Origin: the human T2T-CHM13v2.0 reference genome, Homo sapiens
Reading direction: 5' to 3' (one strand)
Assembly (NCBI RefSeq): GCF_009914755.1
Contig: NC_060937.1
DNA length: 64,000 nucleotides
The notes below the pieces were generated by a model, which had not been told where the DNA came from, made no database searches, and saw only the letters and a program-made list of their open reading frames with translations. Below, in pieces: positions 1-15,418 of this stretch; position 1 is the stretch's first letter; every line of letters starts with the position of its first letter. The position numbers were made by a program, and so were the translations under genes.

Positions 1-1029
1 AGTGTGTGTATATATATACTGTAAATTAAATAGTATCTGGGATATTCAATTAAAATCACATAAAGTCACATAAATGGATACGATGTTGAATGGCTACCAT
101 TTACAGACAAATCAAGGTACTTGGCTACTTTGTAAAGGCAGAAAAAATAATTGATATGAGAAGCATGTTTTAATAAGCAGAGCCTCATCAGCTAACCATG
201 ACAATGTATGACAGATCACCAAATTTACCAGTGATTCCATGTGTAAGAATCTGCATGTTGGAAAACATCAATAATAATACAGAACTTGCTCCATGCTTAT
301 TTTAGAGCACAGTTCTATTAAATCTTTCCACATGATTTTATTAAAAATGTTTTGCAAATGTCATAGTAAACTGGTCAATAAAAAAGAAACATTTTTTATC
401 ATACATAAATATGTATCATGACTTTTAAAATTAATTTTATAACATTCAGTTTGATTTCAATGATATTTAATTATTACAGCTTTTTAGTTTCATCATAGGA
501 GAGGAGTACTTGGATCTTTATGCAGATTTCCTTGAAGTAAAAGGTTTTATTTATTTTCATTTTTTAAAAATCTCATGAGGTATGTATGTTTGGTGGTTGG
601 TTTTAGTTTTAAAGAGTAGGATAAATTATTTTCAGTGACTTTTTCAAACCACGTCAAATAATAGGTTTTATATTGTTTATTTGTGTTTCCATATTTTCTG
701 CTTTCAAAATCTGTTTTATTTTTATTATGTTCATAAATGTTAACACTCAATTAGAATAAGATAACTTTCAATGTTTGTTTTTACTTTCTCTCTTTTGTTT
801 CTACTAACAAGAACTGCTAGCTAGCTTCCTGAAATTTAAATGTCATTTCTGGCTATTACCTATAAGGTCTTTGGCTATTTGCTGTTAGCATTATGAACAG
901 TTTGAGTTCATCTGTGCGTTTTTGACAAATTCTTTTTCTTTTTAAATCTTCTATTAAAATCTAAGCTTAAAACAAACTACTGAATTTAAAGTATCATGTG
1001 TATGTATAATTATGTATATTATGTATGTA

Positions 1030-1963
1030 TATATTAGTTTCCGATTGCTGTTGAAACAAATTTACGCAAACTTACTCTGCTTGAAGCAACATAAATGTAT
1101 TATTTTACAGAGCTGCAGGTCCAAACTTTCATTGGGCTTAAAGTAAGGTGTCAGCAGAGTTGCTTTCCTTCTGGAGATTCTAGAAAAGAATCTCTTTTCT
1201 TGCATTTTCGAGCCTCTACAGGCTACTTGGCATTCAATGGCTAGTGGCACCTTTCTTTATCTTCAAAGCAAGCAGCATAGCATATTCAAATCTTTCTCTT
1301 TGATGTATTCTGACTTATAAGGCCTTTGTTTATTATATTGGGCTCACCCAGATTATATAAGATAATATGCCAATTTAAAAATTCTTCGGTTAGTCACATC
1401 TGAAAAGTATCTTTTGCCATGTAAACGAATACATTCACAAATTTCAGGGATTAAAACTTGGTCATTATGAGGTTAATTTTATGTGTCAGCTTAACTGAAC
1501 CATGGGATGCCTGGACAGCTGGTTAAACATTATTTCTGAGTGTCTGTGATGGTGTTTTCAGAAGAGATTAGTGTTCAAATTGGTGGACCAAATAAAGCAG
1601 ATTGTCCTCCGCAGTGTGGGTGGAGACCATTCAGTCCATTGAGAGCCTAAATAGAACAAAAAGGTAGAAAAGGGCTGGATTAATTCTGCCTGACTGATTG
1701 GGCAGGGTTATCAATCTTCTCCTGCCACTCCTGTTTCTCAGGCCTTCGACACAGACTGGAATCTCTACTATTGTCTTTCCAGGTCTCAGGCTTTGAACTA
1801 TATGTCACCAGCTTTTCTGGCTTTCCAACTTGCAAAGAGCAAACATGGAACTTTTCAGTCTCCATAATCACAAGAGACAATCTCTTACAATAAGTCTCTC
1901 TTTTACTGGAGAGTTCTGAAAAAATACAGATATCTTCTGGGGACAACTATTTTGTCTATCACA
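1030..1963 (-). mobile_element. MaLR solo LTR (MLT1C/D-like), split by an MLT2 LTR at 1466-1928
   Basis: Starts tatattagtttccgattgctgttgaaacaaatttac (MLT1 3' end, antisense); resumes at 1929 gatatcttctggggacaactattttgtctatcaca. Confidence 0.8.
1466..1928 (+). mobile_element. ERVL solo LTR (MLT2C/D-like)
   Basis: tatgaggttaattttatgtgtcagcttaactg...ctggagagttctgaaaaaataca; degenerate 5-bp TSD gtcat/gatat. Confidence 0.85.
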
Positions 1964-2279
1964 ATACATATATATTTTAAACATCTCAACCCTGAGAAAA
2001 GCATAGAGAAAAATGATTTTATACTCTATAAATATCATCATGTAGGAGATATCAAATCTTTGAAGTAAACCTTGTTTGAAATAATATTAAAAATATTAAA
2101 ACTGTCAGCTTCTTTCCATTCTATACAATTTTGAAAATACCTACTCTAGGTATAATCCTTTTTCTGAAGCTGATGTGCATATCTCACATCCAGGCTGCAT
2201 GTGTTTACTATATATGCACGTAACAATATGAATATTTCTTGGTGTGCTCCAATTCCTGTCCTTTTGCAATTTGTTAAAC

Positions 2280-2530
2280 ATTATCTATATAATGATTCTA
2301 AAACTTACCAGTGCCATTATTCATAGGTCTAGTTCCTTTAGTATTTAAAAATGCATTATTTTCTAGTTCAACAATATTTCACAGGTTAGTCTATTTCAAT
2401 TTTGAGGAACATTTTTTTTTCTGAAATTCTTGTCTTTATTAACAACCTTCTACAGAATATCCCTATATAGGCCTTACTTTCATGAGGGCAAAAGTTTTAT
2501 CTAGGAATTGTAGGTATAAATAAAGTTTCT
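2280..2530 (-). mobile_element. Highly decayed old L1M 3'-region fragment
   Basis: Weak similarity to antisense L1 3' end (ctatttcaattttgaggaacattt...tttattaacaaccttctacagaatatcc). Confidence 0.35.
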
Positions 2531-3999
2531 GCATCATATGTCCATATGATCAAACACAATGTACTTCATCAGCGTTGCAAAATATTGCAACATATGTATT
2601 TATTGTAGAAATTCATTTTGATTTAAGTAGTTACTATTATCATTTAAAGGGGAGAAGGAAACCTTGGCCTGACTAAAGGGAACGATTGCATGATAGAATC
2701 TCAATTATTACTTGAGTGTGTTCTTTTGAAAACACCTCCCAGGTAGTTGTGTGCCAAAAAAAATGTTCACTAACTTGTCTTTAATCTCACTTTTGGTAGG
2801 CTCTATAAGGCACAATTTTAAAAAGGTGAAGGAGAATTAATCAAATCAACATCAATTTCACATTAAGATGAAATGTTAAATAATTTATGTGCAGGGTAAT
2901 CTTTGAAATGTTGGAACTTTATGAAAATATTTTTTCTTCTTATCTGATATATTTTTTAACATGTACTATAAGACTCAATGCCTAAAATAATTACAGATTA
3001 CCACACACAGATTAATTTAATTTGGGGGCACGATATTAAGAAATAATATGTTAAATATAAATATATGTTCTGCAGTTTCTAAAATGCTCCATAAAATAGA
3101 TCTCTGGCTAGGAGCTTCCTGTATTTATGTAATAACTTATTCATGAAAGTATTTGAGTGTGTGACTGTTGATAATGAAAGTGGGTTCAGAAGTCCCTATT
3201 GATTATAACATTTAGTCTCTTAGTATGCCACAGAAACTGACTTCCATTCAAAGAATGAATTTCCAGAAAAATAAGGGCAGTGAACTGATATTCATGGGAA
3301 TCATAAACTAAACTTATATCCCACCTCACTGAGATGCAGCTGGTCTTTGAGTTTGGAGTGATGTTTTCTTTGTAACTCACTTGTATACCGGTTGGGGACC
3401 AACAATATGTGAGATTGGGATCCTGTCCTAAACAATATGTAATATACTCTGTATTGCTAATCAATACATAATATTCTTGGAATAGACAGTAATCTTGTCT
3501 GTTGAAGCAAGATGTGGAAAGGCTAGTAGAACCTCTTACTGTGACACCTAATGCCACATTTGCAAAAATCAGCTTTTATGATTTGTCTCTGTTTAGAGTT
3601 CTTAGTATTTATAAGTAGAAGGCTTTCTCATAGACAGCATAATACTTTTCCATCATTCTTTTTTCTGCTACCTGGGTGTTTCAGGCTTCTCATGAGACTA
3701 AAGAAATGGGTAGTTAAGTTGTTATTTTTCTTGATTATCTACATAAAAAATATTACTTCTGTAGCTGGAGAGCTGGAAGCCTATTATATAGCACCTCTTA
3801 GTAAAATGTTAATAGAAGACCACAAAAGCTTCGTCAGACAGAAGAATACATTTATACCAATTTGTGATGTATGTTAAAATAATCTTGTATTTCCTTGATG
3901 ATGTCCTTATTTTCAGAAATACTTAAAGTATGCAATTGAAATATATGTTGCATATGTAGGCAAATAAGATATGAAATTTTTATTTAATAATATATTCTA

Positions 4000-4301
<302 letters not shown>

Positions 4302-5564
4302 CTAAATGGAAACACTGTATATCAGTAAGTTCAGTTAATTGAGAGGAACAAAACTGCCACATAAACTGTCAAATCTTTACAAACCATAATGATTCATTTA
4401 TAATTACATAACAGATCAATATCTGTGAATACATCATTAGGCGTTTCATGGAGATGCTGCAGTTCTGACTTAATATTGCCCCTCTCCACATTATTTATTC
4501 TCCATGGCGTCTTGAGGATTTTGGTAGTAAAAGAACTCTATAGTTTTCTGTTTCACTTTAATCATCAACTCCAAGCAAGCCACTAACGATAGTCATCTCA
4601 AATATTCAAAGTTAATGAAAAGTTGTACTTCGCACCATTTAATAAACTCTAATTATTAAATCAAAGATTAGGCACAGACTATTTTAAAGTACTAAAAGAT
4701 GGATGAAATTAAACATAAGAAAAAAGTGACACAAATCTAATTGAATTGTCACTTTGGCAATGAGATGTGACCAGCAATACATAGAGAAAGTGGCACGTTT
4801 TCAATTTCAGTATAGTTATAATGAAAAAATAGCACGGAAATGAGGAGCTAAAAATATTAGACAAATAGACTTCCTGGGAATAAGCATCTACAAGAGATGA
4901 CATTGTGTTTACTCATTCTAGAGTATCACTGATAAGCAACCTTTGAGTTTCCTGAGTATGTTGTTTCTTTAAACACATTTAGAACTTAGGAGTAAAATGA
5001 AAGATTGCATATAGGCTAATAAAATATTAACTAAATGTTATGTGACTAAATTGAGAATAAATACAATTCCAAATAAATTGGTTATACTGACAAAAGACAA
5101 ACAGGATATTACTAATACAGAGACATGCATACTTTATGGAAGTTTGTCTTAGAATTTAAGTTTCTTGAAAAAGAAAAATTTAAATAATATTTTGAAAATA
5201 TGTGGTTGAGAGTCAAACACTACAAGTATATGATAGGAAAGATAAAATGTGCTTAAGTAATGACATATTACTTGAGATAGAATTAGCGATATGGCCTTTG
5301 ACAAATAGGAATGTGAATACTTTAAAGAACTGGACAAAACCATTTTTATCTTTGATTAGAAGTTGTAACCTTATGAAAGAGGCAATTAAGCACCATAGGA
5401 GAGTTGAGAGAAGCAGATGCCTTGACAGAATTAAACTACCACTTCAGGAAAATTCTTGATATTTATAGTACATTTGAGAGGGAGAAACTGGTAAAGATAT
5501 GACAATTATGCTTCAGGTAACTAAAACATCAGGATAAAAATTTAAATACTGTTAGGATACCCAC

Positions 5565-5599
5565 TATAATATAATATAATGTAATGTAATATAATATAA
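5565..5599. repeat. (ATAAT)n pentanucleotide microsatellite
   Basis: tataatataatataatgtaatgtaatataatataa. Confidence 0.8.
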
Positions 5600-7059
5600 C
5601 CATGATTATTAATTTAAATAAATGAGGTTAATAAGATACATAGATGTTTTGTGGGAAACATAATATAAATAGGGTAAAAGGTAGCAGAATGCAGAGATGC
5701 AAATACTTATCCAGAGTACTATGTCTCATATTCATTAAAGAAATAGGTATACTTCTCTTGTATTCAGAGACATCATCATGATGGATTAGAAACCTTGTGC
5801 CAATTTCAAAAGCTGAAATTTCAGTTGTCTTTAAATGGTTATATTTGTTAATATATGGCAGCTATATTAAGGGAAAAGAAATAAGAAATTATATTATTCC
5901 AAAATAAAGTTAATTAAAAGATGAGATAAATGAATAGTTGCATTCTCCTAGTCCTTTATGAATCATGGAGATTTCCAGTTTCTGTGGAAAAGCCTAGTCT
6001 TGTCTTCTCTTCCAGTTACTCAGCAGTCATAGGAACACTATTGAGATGACACCTGCCCATTTACAGTTGCCTCAGAAGCTGGTAGGGATTCTGTGCTTCT
6101 GTGATCTATCTATCTTGTAGCACCGTGCAGATGATCATAAACATTTTCTTTCAGAAAAAGATGCAGAAACTAAGGGGGAAATATTTTCTGTGAAGCATTT
6201 CATATGATCTTCTCTTCTTGAAAATGACTATGTCCCCTTGTACATTGCAAAGCCTTGTAGATAACAATTCACCTACAAATTAGTAGAGCTTTAGAGCTTC
6301 TCCACTGCACTCAAGGAGAAGAAACACTCTCAGTATATTCTTTATAATATAAATGATAGACAAATCCCCCATCAAGTTCCTACTTCAGTAAAATAAATAG
6401 AGTAAATGTAATTCTGTAAAGGCCTAAACCATGTCACCCCCAAAGGCTGTTTACATAGATGTTTAAACCAAATATTGGAATGAAAAAATAATTTTTACAT
6501 ACTTTCTTCATATAGATGTTGAAAAATGTAGCATTAATAAGTAGTAAGTTGACAAATTTTGAGGCTTACTAGTCTCTTCATCTATTTCTATCAAAAACCC
6601 AACAAATAAAAATTTGACTTGGGGGTGAATAATTATATAAAATGATAATAATATATTTATTATATAGATCAAATTATAAAATAAAATTAAACTGAATTGA
6701 AAAAAGGCAAAAAATTTTTAAAATTAAAATATACATTTTAAATTATATAAGGGTTACTGAAAGTAGCTTTATTTTTAAACCTGATAAGTACGTAAAATGA
6801 ATGCATTCTTTGTGTTTTTTAGAATGAAAATGTAATTTATCAGAAATAGTGCATAGACATTTCTGAAATATAAAGAGGAAATATGGTTTTGTTGCAATAG
6901 CCTCTTCTACTTGGTTTAGCTGTTTTAAAATACATTGGATTTTAGAACTTGTTTATTATTTAGGCTGAGTAAGGTTTAATTTACATTAGCTTTATGTTCT
7001 TGTAGAAGAGTGGGTTATTTGTGACCAAGGAATCCATTTATTACTGATTATACCATTGA

Positions 7060-7135
7060 TTTACTGTGTGTCCCTGAACAAGGCAATTAACTTCTTTCTG
7101 ACTCTGTTTCTTAATTTATATGCTACAGGTGACAC
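7060..7135 (+). mobile_element. MIR core fragment
   Basis: tgtgtgtccctgaacaaggcaattaacttctttctgactctgtttcttaattta matches the MIR core. Confidence 0.6.
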
Positions 7136-7829
7136 TATTTTGCAGAAATGGTGAAATAAATTTTAAATTTCCAATGAAGAAGAAACTAAGGGGGACAGAG
7201 GGTACAATTTGATAAAAATCTGGTCATCTGTTTTTAAATGCTAACTTTTAAAGTCTGTGGTAGCTGCATAACCTAGCCAGATGCTTCAGTCTATAGAATG
7301 GTTAATAGCAAGCACTAGAGAATTTAAATTGAGTAATATATCTAATTCTTCTTTTCTAACAAGGAAGAAATTCCATTTACTTGTGATGACAGTCATGTCT
7401 CATGAACATTAGCTGGCTTCCACAGAGTAGTAAGGATACAATATAATGCCAATCTGAGCAGAAAATAGGTTAGAAATAATTTGTTCTCTTTGTACCATAG
7501 AAAGCTATGAAAAAAGCAATGCTACTGGTCTTCAGCTTTATAGGGTTCACATTAGATGTGATTTGATATATATTTTGAATAAATGTATCTTCTTCAGAAC
7601 CATTCAGATGCCTGAAATTATAATATTAGAAAATTAATTTTGGTATACATTTATCTAATTTAGCTTAACTTGTGGAACATATTTACAGACTGTCTAAATA
7701 AAACATCTATTTATGATTAGATGGAATTAAAGCCTAATTAATTTAAAATTGATGTACTTATTTAAAATATATATTTAAAATCATATTATTTTATACCCAA
7801 CCATAAAAGGTGTCTATTCTTAATCTGAA

Positions 7830-8290
7830 CCATTTATCTATTCAAAAATACAATGTGGTAGGTACTATTCTACATAGGTGAGAAAAAGAACCACAAGGTC
7901 CTTGATTAAATGAATTTATTTTCTAGTAGATTATACACATCATAATAAGTTAAATATTAATATGCATATTTATAAAACAAATGTATGTAATCATTAAAAT
8001 GTGTTGGGTATATAAAGAAAAAGAGCAGGATGCAAGGGCAGAGAATGTCTGCCCAAGTGGAGAGAGAATCTCAAATAGAAGACATTTGTCTTCATGAATG
8101 AAGGATCAGGAGTCAGTGAGGGGAACATGGACAAGAGAGTCGTGTTAAAAAGAAGACAATGTGCAAAGGCCTGAGATGAACAAAAGTTGACTGAGTACAA
8201 TGAACTTAAAGGAGATCACAGTGTTAAAGAGAAAGATGCTTAAATAAATGTAGAGAGGTAGAAGGGATGATACCCTAGAAGACTCTGTAG
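7830..8290 (-). mobile_element. L2 3' fragment
   Basis: catttatctattcaaaaatac...gtaggtactattcta and caatgtgcaaaggcctgagatgaacaaaagttgactgagtac are typical antisense L2 motifs. Confidence 0.6.
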
Positions 8291-8293
8291 GTT

Positions 8294-8979
8294 TGAAATA
8301 GGGATAACAAAAGGTAGTTGCAGGAGGATAAACAATTCCAGGCAGTAGTTTCACATGACTAACAAAAAGGAAACGTTGAAATAGCTGCATGAGCTAGGGG
8401 CCAATAAGACCCTGAAAAACACGACGTGAGCCACGCTGGCTAACACCAATGGATCCAACATGGCACTGCATTTGACCTAGGTTTCACCTAGTACCTCATT
8501 ATAAACTCAGTAAAATATTAAGCCACATATCTGACAATGCCATGACAGTTCCAGGAACACCCATATTTAGTATAAAAATGGGTAGTACCTGCTGGGCACG
8601 GTGGCTCACGCCTGTAATCCTAGCACTTTGGGAGGCCAAGGAAGGCAGATTGCCAGAGCTCAGGAGTTTGCGACCAGCCTAGGCAACATGGTGAAACCTT
8701 GTCTCTACCAAAAGAAAAAAATAAAAACCAAAAAAACAAAATTAGCCAGCAAAATGATATGTGCCTGTGGTGCCAGCTATTTGGGAGGCTGAAGTGCGAG
8801 GATCATTGGAGCCTAGGAAGTGGAGGCTGTAAGCCATGATTGCACCATTGCACTCCAGCAGTCTGGTTGACAGAGTTAGACTCTGTCTGAAAAAAAAAAA
8901 AAAATAAAAAAAAAAGAAGAAGAAGAAGGAGTGAAGACTGCTGACTCAATCCCTCATTCATCTAATTTCCTTCTCAACA
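8294..8979 (+). mobile_element. ERV1-class LTR (MER41/MER66-like, family uncertain), interrupted by AluJ at 8590-8929
   Basis: tgaaatagggataac...aattccaggcagtagtttcacatgact...ttgacctaggtttcacctag...gccatgacagttccaggaacacccatatt; probable LTR end ttccttctcaaca at 8979. Confidence 0.55.
8590..8929 (+). mobile_element. AluJ with A/(GAA)n tail
   Basis: J-type right arm gaggatcattggagcctaggaagtggaggctg...gccatgattgcacc; strongly diverged. Confidence 0.85.
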
Positions 8980-9157
8980 TAGATACTGAAACTCTGTGTA
9001 GACTAAATATATTTTTGATCAGAAAAGTTTATATTTATAAAATATTCTTAACAGGATGTTTCTACTTAGGAATACTTAAGATTGCTTTAATAAAAGAATT
9101 CAGAATCTGTAGGTATATGGTGAGGTTTCCTGGAAAGTGTCACATAAACTATGTTTA

Positions 9158-9482
<325 letters not shown>

Positions 9483-12400
9483 AATAACCACAAATAAAAT
9501 GTTTTATAGATGAAATATTTCTATACCACATGGGGCAGCAAATGTCTGAATAAATGTCTGAGAAGAAAAGATGTAGAAAGCTGTCCTTGAGGTTCCAACC
9601 AGGCTTTTTTTTTTTTTTTTTTTGTCTCTCCATTGCCTGTATCCTTGAAATTATTAGTGAAGCAAGATCTCTATTTTGTAAAAGTCTTATCAGATAATCC
9701 AGTCCTGTGTGTTGATCTTACTAGCTTATTTTTTTTCTTTTCATAATGGATTATAACAAGCACTTTTTCACACAAACTGGGGAAAATAGAATGTTTTGTA
9801 ATTTTTGTTAATCTTCTTATAAAAATATGGGTAAATTTGAAATAAAAAGGTGGATGTATAATTCTAAGATATTTAAATATGATTGGTAATTAGCTGGCAT
9901 CCTGGAGTACAAATTTGTGGGGTCTACATTCAAGGAACCTTAGCATTTTCTGTACAAAATTGATTTGATCAGTTAAATAGGTCATTTTTGATGTGTGAGA
10001 TTAGCATATTAATCTTCCATTTGGCCATTATTCCCTCCACTTAAAGGATCAAGAGAGCAAACTAAAAAGCAACTAAAATGTTCTTAAAAGAACAAGTACA
10101 GATTCTATTGTTCTCTGGGCACACACTCACTGAAGTCAAATCCACTTTAATTGTGATTTCCTTTGACATAATTCTATTATTTCTTTAGATTATTTAGGTA
10201 ATCTAAACTGATTTTTAAAGACATATTCCAATATTCAGTCAAATTAGTAGCACTTAAAGTATTAGTAACATTAATAATTCCTCAATACATTGTAAATAGT
10301 TATAAGTTAAATCCAGATGTTCGATTTTTTTTTGAAACTGATTTGTATTGCAACTAATTATAAACAAGACCAGTTATGCAATACATTTATAGAGTGAGTT
10401 TGGACCTCCATTTCCTGACGTTTAGGAAGTGTGTCTCTGTCAAATAGTCAGAATTACTTTTGACTCATATCTGAAAAGAGTTGCACAAATAATTGAGCCA
10501 CATACACACAAAAATAATGTGTAGATCTAAATTCTTGTAACATGTTCTATAGCTTGTTTAATTATGAAACCATAGCTCAGTGACAGCTATTTGGAATCCT
10601 ATTAGCCAGGGGTGTGATTCTCCAACCATGTTAAAAGAAAATAATATAAATTCATCTACAAATCAGCATGCATTGTCTTTACTACTACGTCTGCTCCGAT
10701 GTGACCATGACATTTAATGAATGTCCTTCATCTCTGCCTTTGAGGGAAAGAACTTCCACATACTGCCACAGTCTCAAAAAGATGCATCTATTTCTATTTA
10801 TTGTGAGACACAGTTATTTGTCCAGAGTGTCATTTTGGAATATGAGATAATCTTTGTTTGTTCTATAAAAGGGTTTGGAATTGATGGTAATTTCTGAGTT
10901 TCTTGATATGCATAGTTAACTCATTTGAAACCTGGATGATGTTTTGCTCAGGTTTAATTAGGCAGACTGACTCATTATGAGACCTAGTTTTAGGATTTCA
11001 GTGACAAAATCATTTGAGACAGGTTTGAGACTTTCTGTAGCTCATGTTGGCTCTTGTTGATTTCTTCAGGGGCAGACACTCAGGCAGGTTACACTGCAAC
11101 AGAGCAGAGGTCGCAATCCCAACCTCAAGACAGAAAGGGAATTTTGTTCTGTGTTGTGGCATACACCTATAAACCTGTCGGGAATACCCTGTACAATCAT
11201 GTATAAAATTCCTGCCAGAGCTAAATTTAGATTTAAAAAAATAAGACAAGAAGAGGGAAAAAAATAAACCCAAAAGTGTGAATTGGAGTTTTAAGGATGA
11301 GATAATAGAACAATCATACTTGAAATTACTTGATAATTGACTTTTTCTTACATGGGACTTTTCTAGTTACAATTACTATTAAGCTGATAATATGACATAG
11401 ATAAAAGTTTATTTCTGTGGCATACTAGAAGTACAATCTTCATTTCTTCTTATGTCTATTTATATTACTTAAAAAAGAACAAAAATAGTACACCTCATTT
11501 CAGCTTTAAAACAAACAGAAATAATAATAAAATAATAATAATAAAAAATACTTCTTATCCGATGATAGGAATTATAAGAATGCAGAATGTAAATATCATT
11601 GTTTTATTATGTTTTCTTTAATCGACTTAACACCTACAAGGAGATTTGGACTATCTGTATGCCTGAGATTACTCCCTTACAATTTACCTTGTCCAAAATC
11701 TAAAATGGTGGCAATGTATTATTTTATGTGAGACAACTTTAAAGTGACTACTGGCCCCAGCACTGGATTTGGGGTTTACATTTTACTCCCACACAGAGAC
11801 AAGTCTGTTCCAGAGTCTGGGTGACGCCTGTGGTTCCATTAGGAAAATTAAATGTCAGTTCTTCACAGTACTTTATAGATGTATTACACAAAACAATTTT
11901 CCACTGCCCCATGAAGATGAAAAATTATTTTTACAATATGTAAGTCATTCTTCAAATAAAATGAGAAGTCCAAAACCAGATTTTAAAATGTACAAAATAC
12001 CTGTTCTAAAAACTAAAATTGAATATGCATGTGTGTGTTTGTGCAAATGTGAGTGTGTGTTTGTAAGTAACTGTGGGGAATCTTAATGAACTTACGACAT
12101 TAAGCCTGGGAAACAGACCGACACTCCTTATCAAAAAATATATATGTATATTTGAAGGAATATGAAAATATACAGCATCCAACAAAGTAAAATTTGCAGT
12201 ATCTGGCATCTGAGAAATAATAACCATATATGCAAATAAGAAGGAAAACATGACTTATAAGAAGAAGAAAAACATAATAAACTCAACTATCCCAAATATA
12301 GCCTAGATCATATAAGTAGAAAATACATAAAAATGGTTTTATAACTATGTTCCATATGCTGTAGAAGCTAGAGAAAAGATTGGGCATGTTAAATATAGAC

Positions 12401-12596
12401 AAAATATTTTTAGAAGATTCAGATTCAACTTCTAATGTGAAAACTACAATTTCTGTTATAAGAAAATACAGTGGCTGGGATTAATAACAGATGAGACATT
12501 GCAGAAGAAATGATTAGTTTGTTTGAAGATATAGCAATAGAAAGCAGTAGCAATGGAAAGATGGAGGTGGATTTGGTGCAGAAAACAACTTGAAGG

Positions 12597-13052
12597 TGTG
12601 AGCCCCCAAAATCTGAGACAGGCCTTAGTTAATTTACAAAGTTTATGTTGCCAAGATTGAAGGTGAGTGCCCGTGACACAGCCTCAGGAGGTCCTGACAA
12701 CATGTGCCCAAGGTGGTAGGGGCACGGCTCAGTTTTATATATTTTAGGGAGACATGAGACATCAGTCAATATAAGTGTAAGATGTACATTGGTTCAATCC
12801 GGAAACGTGGGTCAACTCGAGGCAAAGGTGGGACAACTCGAAGCAGGGAGGGGGCTTCCAGGTCACAGGTAGATAAGAGAAAAATGGTTGCATTCTTTTG
12901 AGCTTCTGCTTATCCTCTCCAAAGGAGGCAATCAGATATCCATTTATTTCAGTGAGCAGAGGGGTGACTCAATAGAATGGCAGGCAGGTTTGCCATAACC
13001 AGTTCCCAACTTGAGTGATTTTTGGGGCCCCAAGATTTATTTTCCTTTCACA
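12597..13052 (-). mobile_element. MER4A1-type ERV1 solo LTR
   Basis: Reverse complement begins tgtgaaaggaaaataaatcttggggcccc; contains gacacagcctcaggaggtcctgac; TG..CA ends; perfect 4-bp TSD aagg (12593-12596 / 13053-13056). Confidence 0.9.
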
Positions 13053-13816
13053 AAGGAATAATGGTAAAACTGTTTCAAATTTGATAAAATTCATAAAAAC
13101 AAAGAGTAAGAAGTTCTATGAACCTAATGCACACAAAGTATGAAGGTGAAGAATCATTGCACTGTTTAAAATGAAAGGTAAACAGAAAATCTAAAATGCA
13201 GGCAGAGAAAAAAAGACACATTAAGTGTACAGTAATAAAGAGAAAATATCAGCCAAGATTCTCCTTGGGAACAATGCAAGCAAGAAGACAGTGGACCAAG
13301 ATCACTGAGTAACTGACACACACACATGCACACAAAAATCATCTCAACATAGAATTTTATAACCAGCAAAAATAGGTTTCAAAACCAAAGGCCAAATGAA
13401 TACATAGCTACAAAAATTGAAATATTTTCCACTGGTAATTATGCAAAAATAATTCCTTAGGTAGGAGGAAAATGATGTTAATTGGAAATGTGGAGCTTCA
13501 CAAGTGAATGAAGAGCTCTGGAGGTAGTAACTACATAGATAAATATAATTTTATTATGTAAATATCTCCAGAAGATGATTAATTTTTAAAAGCAAACGTA
13601 ATAACAATGTCTTATGTGGTTATAAAGACTTAGTCGTAAAATACACGACAAAACTTAAGTAAACCCTTATCTGGAATAAAGGATTATACTGCCGTATGCA
13701 CAGTATAATGAGAACTTTGTACTGTGTTAATGTTTTTATGTTATATGTGAAGTCGTATAAAACCACTTGAAGGTAGACTTTGATGAGATTAAGGATGTAT
13801 ATTATAAAAGCCAAAG

Positions 13817-14010
13817 TGGGTTTCTCAACCTTGACACTATTGACATTTTGGGATGGAAATTTCTATGTTGTGGAGGATTGTCCTTGGCATGGTAGGATCT
13901 TTAGCAGGATTCCTTGAGTTCACCCACAGTCACACGCCTCAGTGGATCTCAGTCATTGCCAAAAGACCCCTGGGGTCTGGGGAGAAGTTGAACAAGTGAG
14001 AGAATTACAG
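13817..14010. mobile_element. MER20 hAT-Charlie DNA transposon fossil
   Basis: gggtttctcaaccttgacactattgacattttggg...cattgccaaaagacccctgggg. Confidence 0.8.
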
Positions 14011-14989
14011 GCCTAAATCAATTAATGCTATATCACAATAAAAAGTCATAATACCTAACGTCAACAAAGGAGATAAAATAGAATTATAAAAATACAAAAT
14101 TAATCCACAACTAGACAGAAAAATAGGGGAAAGGGAGAACATATAGAGTCAGCATGAATAACAAACAAATAGCTTCATGGTGGATTTAAAGACAACCATA
14201 TCCATAGTCACAAAATATAATTAAACAAAACTAAAATATAATTAAATAACTGAATTTAAAGGCAGGGATTGTCAGATCTGGATATAGAAAGGAAAATCAA
14301 TTACATGCTTCTTGCAAGTGATGTCCTTTAAATAAAAGATGGGAATACTTAAAATTTTAAATGATGGAAATATTTTCCATCATTTCCATTGAATAGTCCA
14401 TATTTATATCAAAGGAGATTTTTGAGCACAGATTGTTACAAAGTATAAAAATGATCATTTTCTAATAGTGAAGGAATTTATTAATGAGGACACACAAATC
14501 TAAATATTTATGTACCCAATAACACTTCTTCAAAGCACATGCAGCAAAAACAGAACTTAAGTGACAAAAAGACAAATCAACAATTATTGATGGAGACATC
14601 AACAACGTTTTCAATAATCATTAGTAAAAGAGAAAAGAAAACCAGTAAGAATGTAGAAGACTTGAACTACACTTTCAAAAATTTGACCTAATTGTTATTT
14701 ATAGAATGCATCATTGAACTAGAACAGAACACATATTCTTTCCAATGGAAAAGGAAGAAAGCATGATTGATCATACAGGCCGATTTATGTCCACGTAGAG
14801 AAGTAGTAAAATTTGCCACTATCCAAATTCTATTTATTAGAGCCTCAGAATCACGAGGTTATCTGCAACTTTTCCAATTATTTGCAGGGAAGATGATTGA
14901 AAATGATAAAATAGGTGGACAAACTTATGAAACTATTGAATAAATTGCATAGTAAAATGAGTTATTTGCACATAAGTGCCACATGCTAA

Positions 14990-15418
<429 letters not shown>

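Larger units (their letters stand above)
12070..14780 (+). mobile_element. Old L1M (ORF1 through ORF2 endonuclease region), decayed; hosts MER4A1 and MER20
   Basis: A-rich ORF1-like text and ORF2 EN motifs (ctaaatatttatgtacccaataac, ggagacatcaacaac, gaagacttgaac...ttgacctaattg). Confidence 0.7.
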
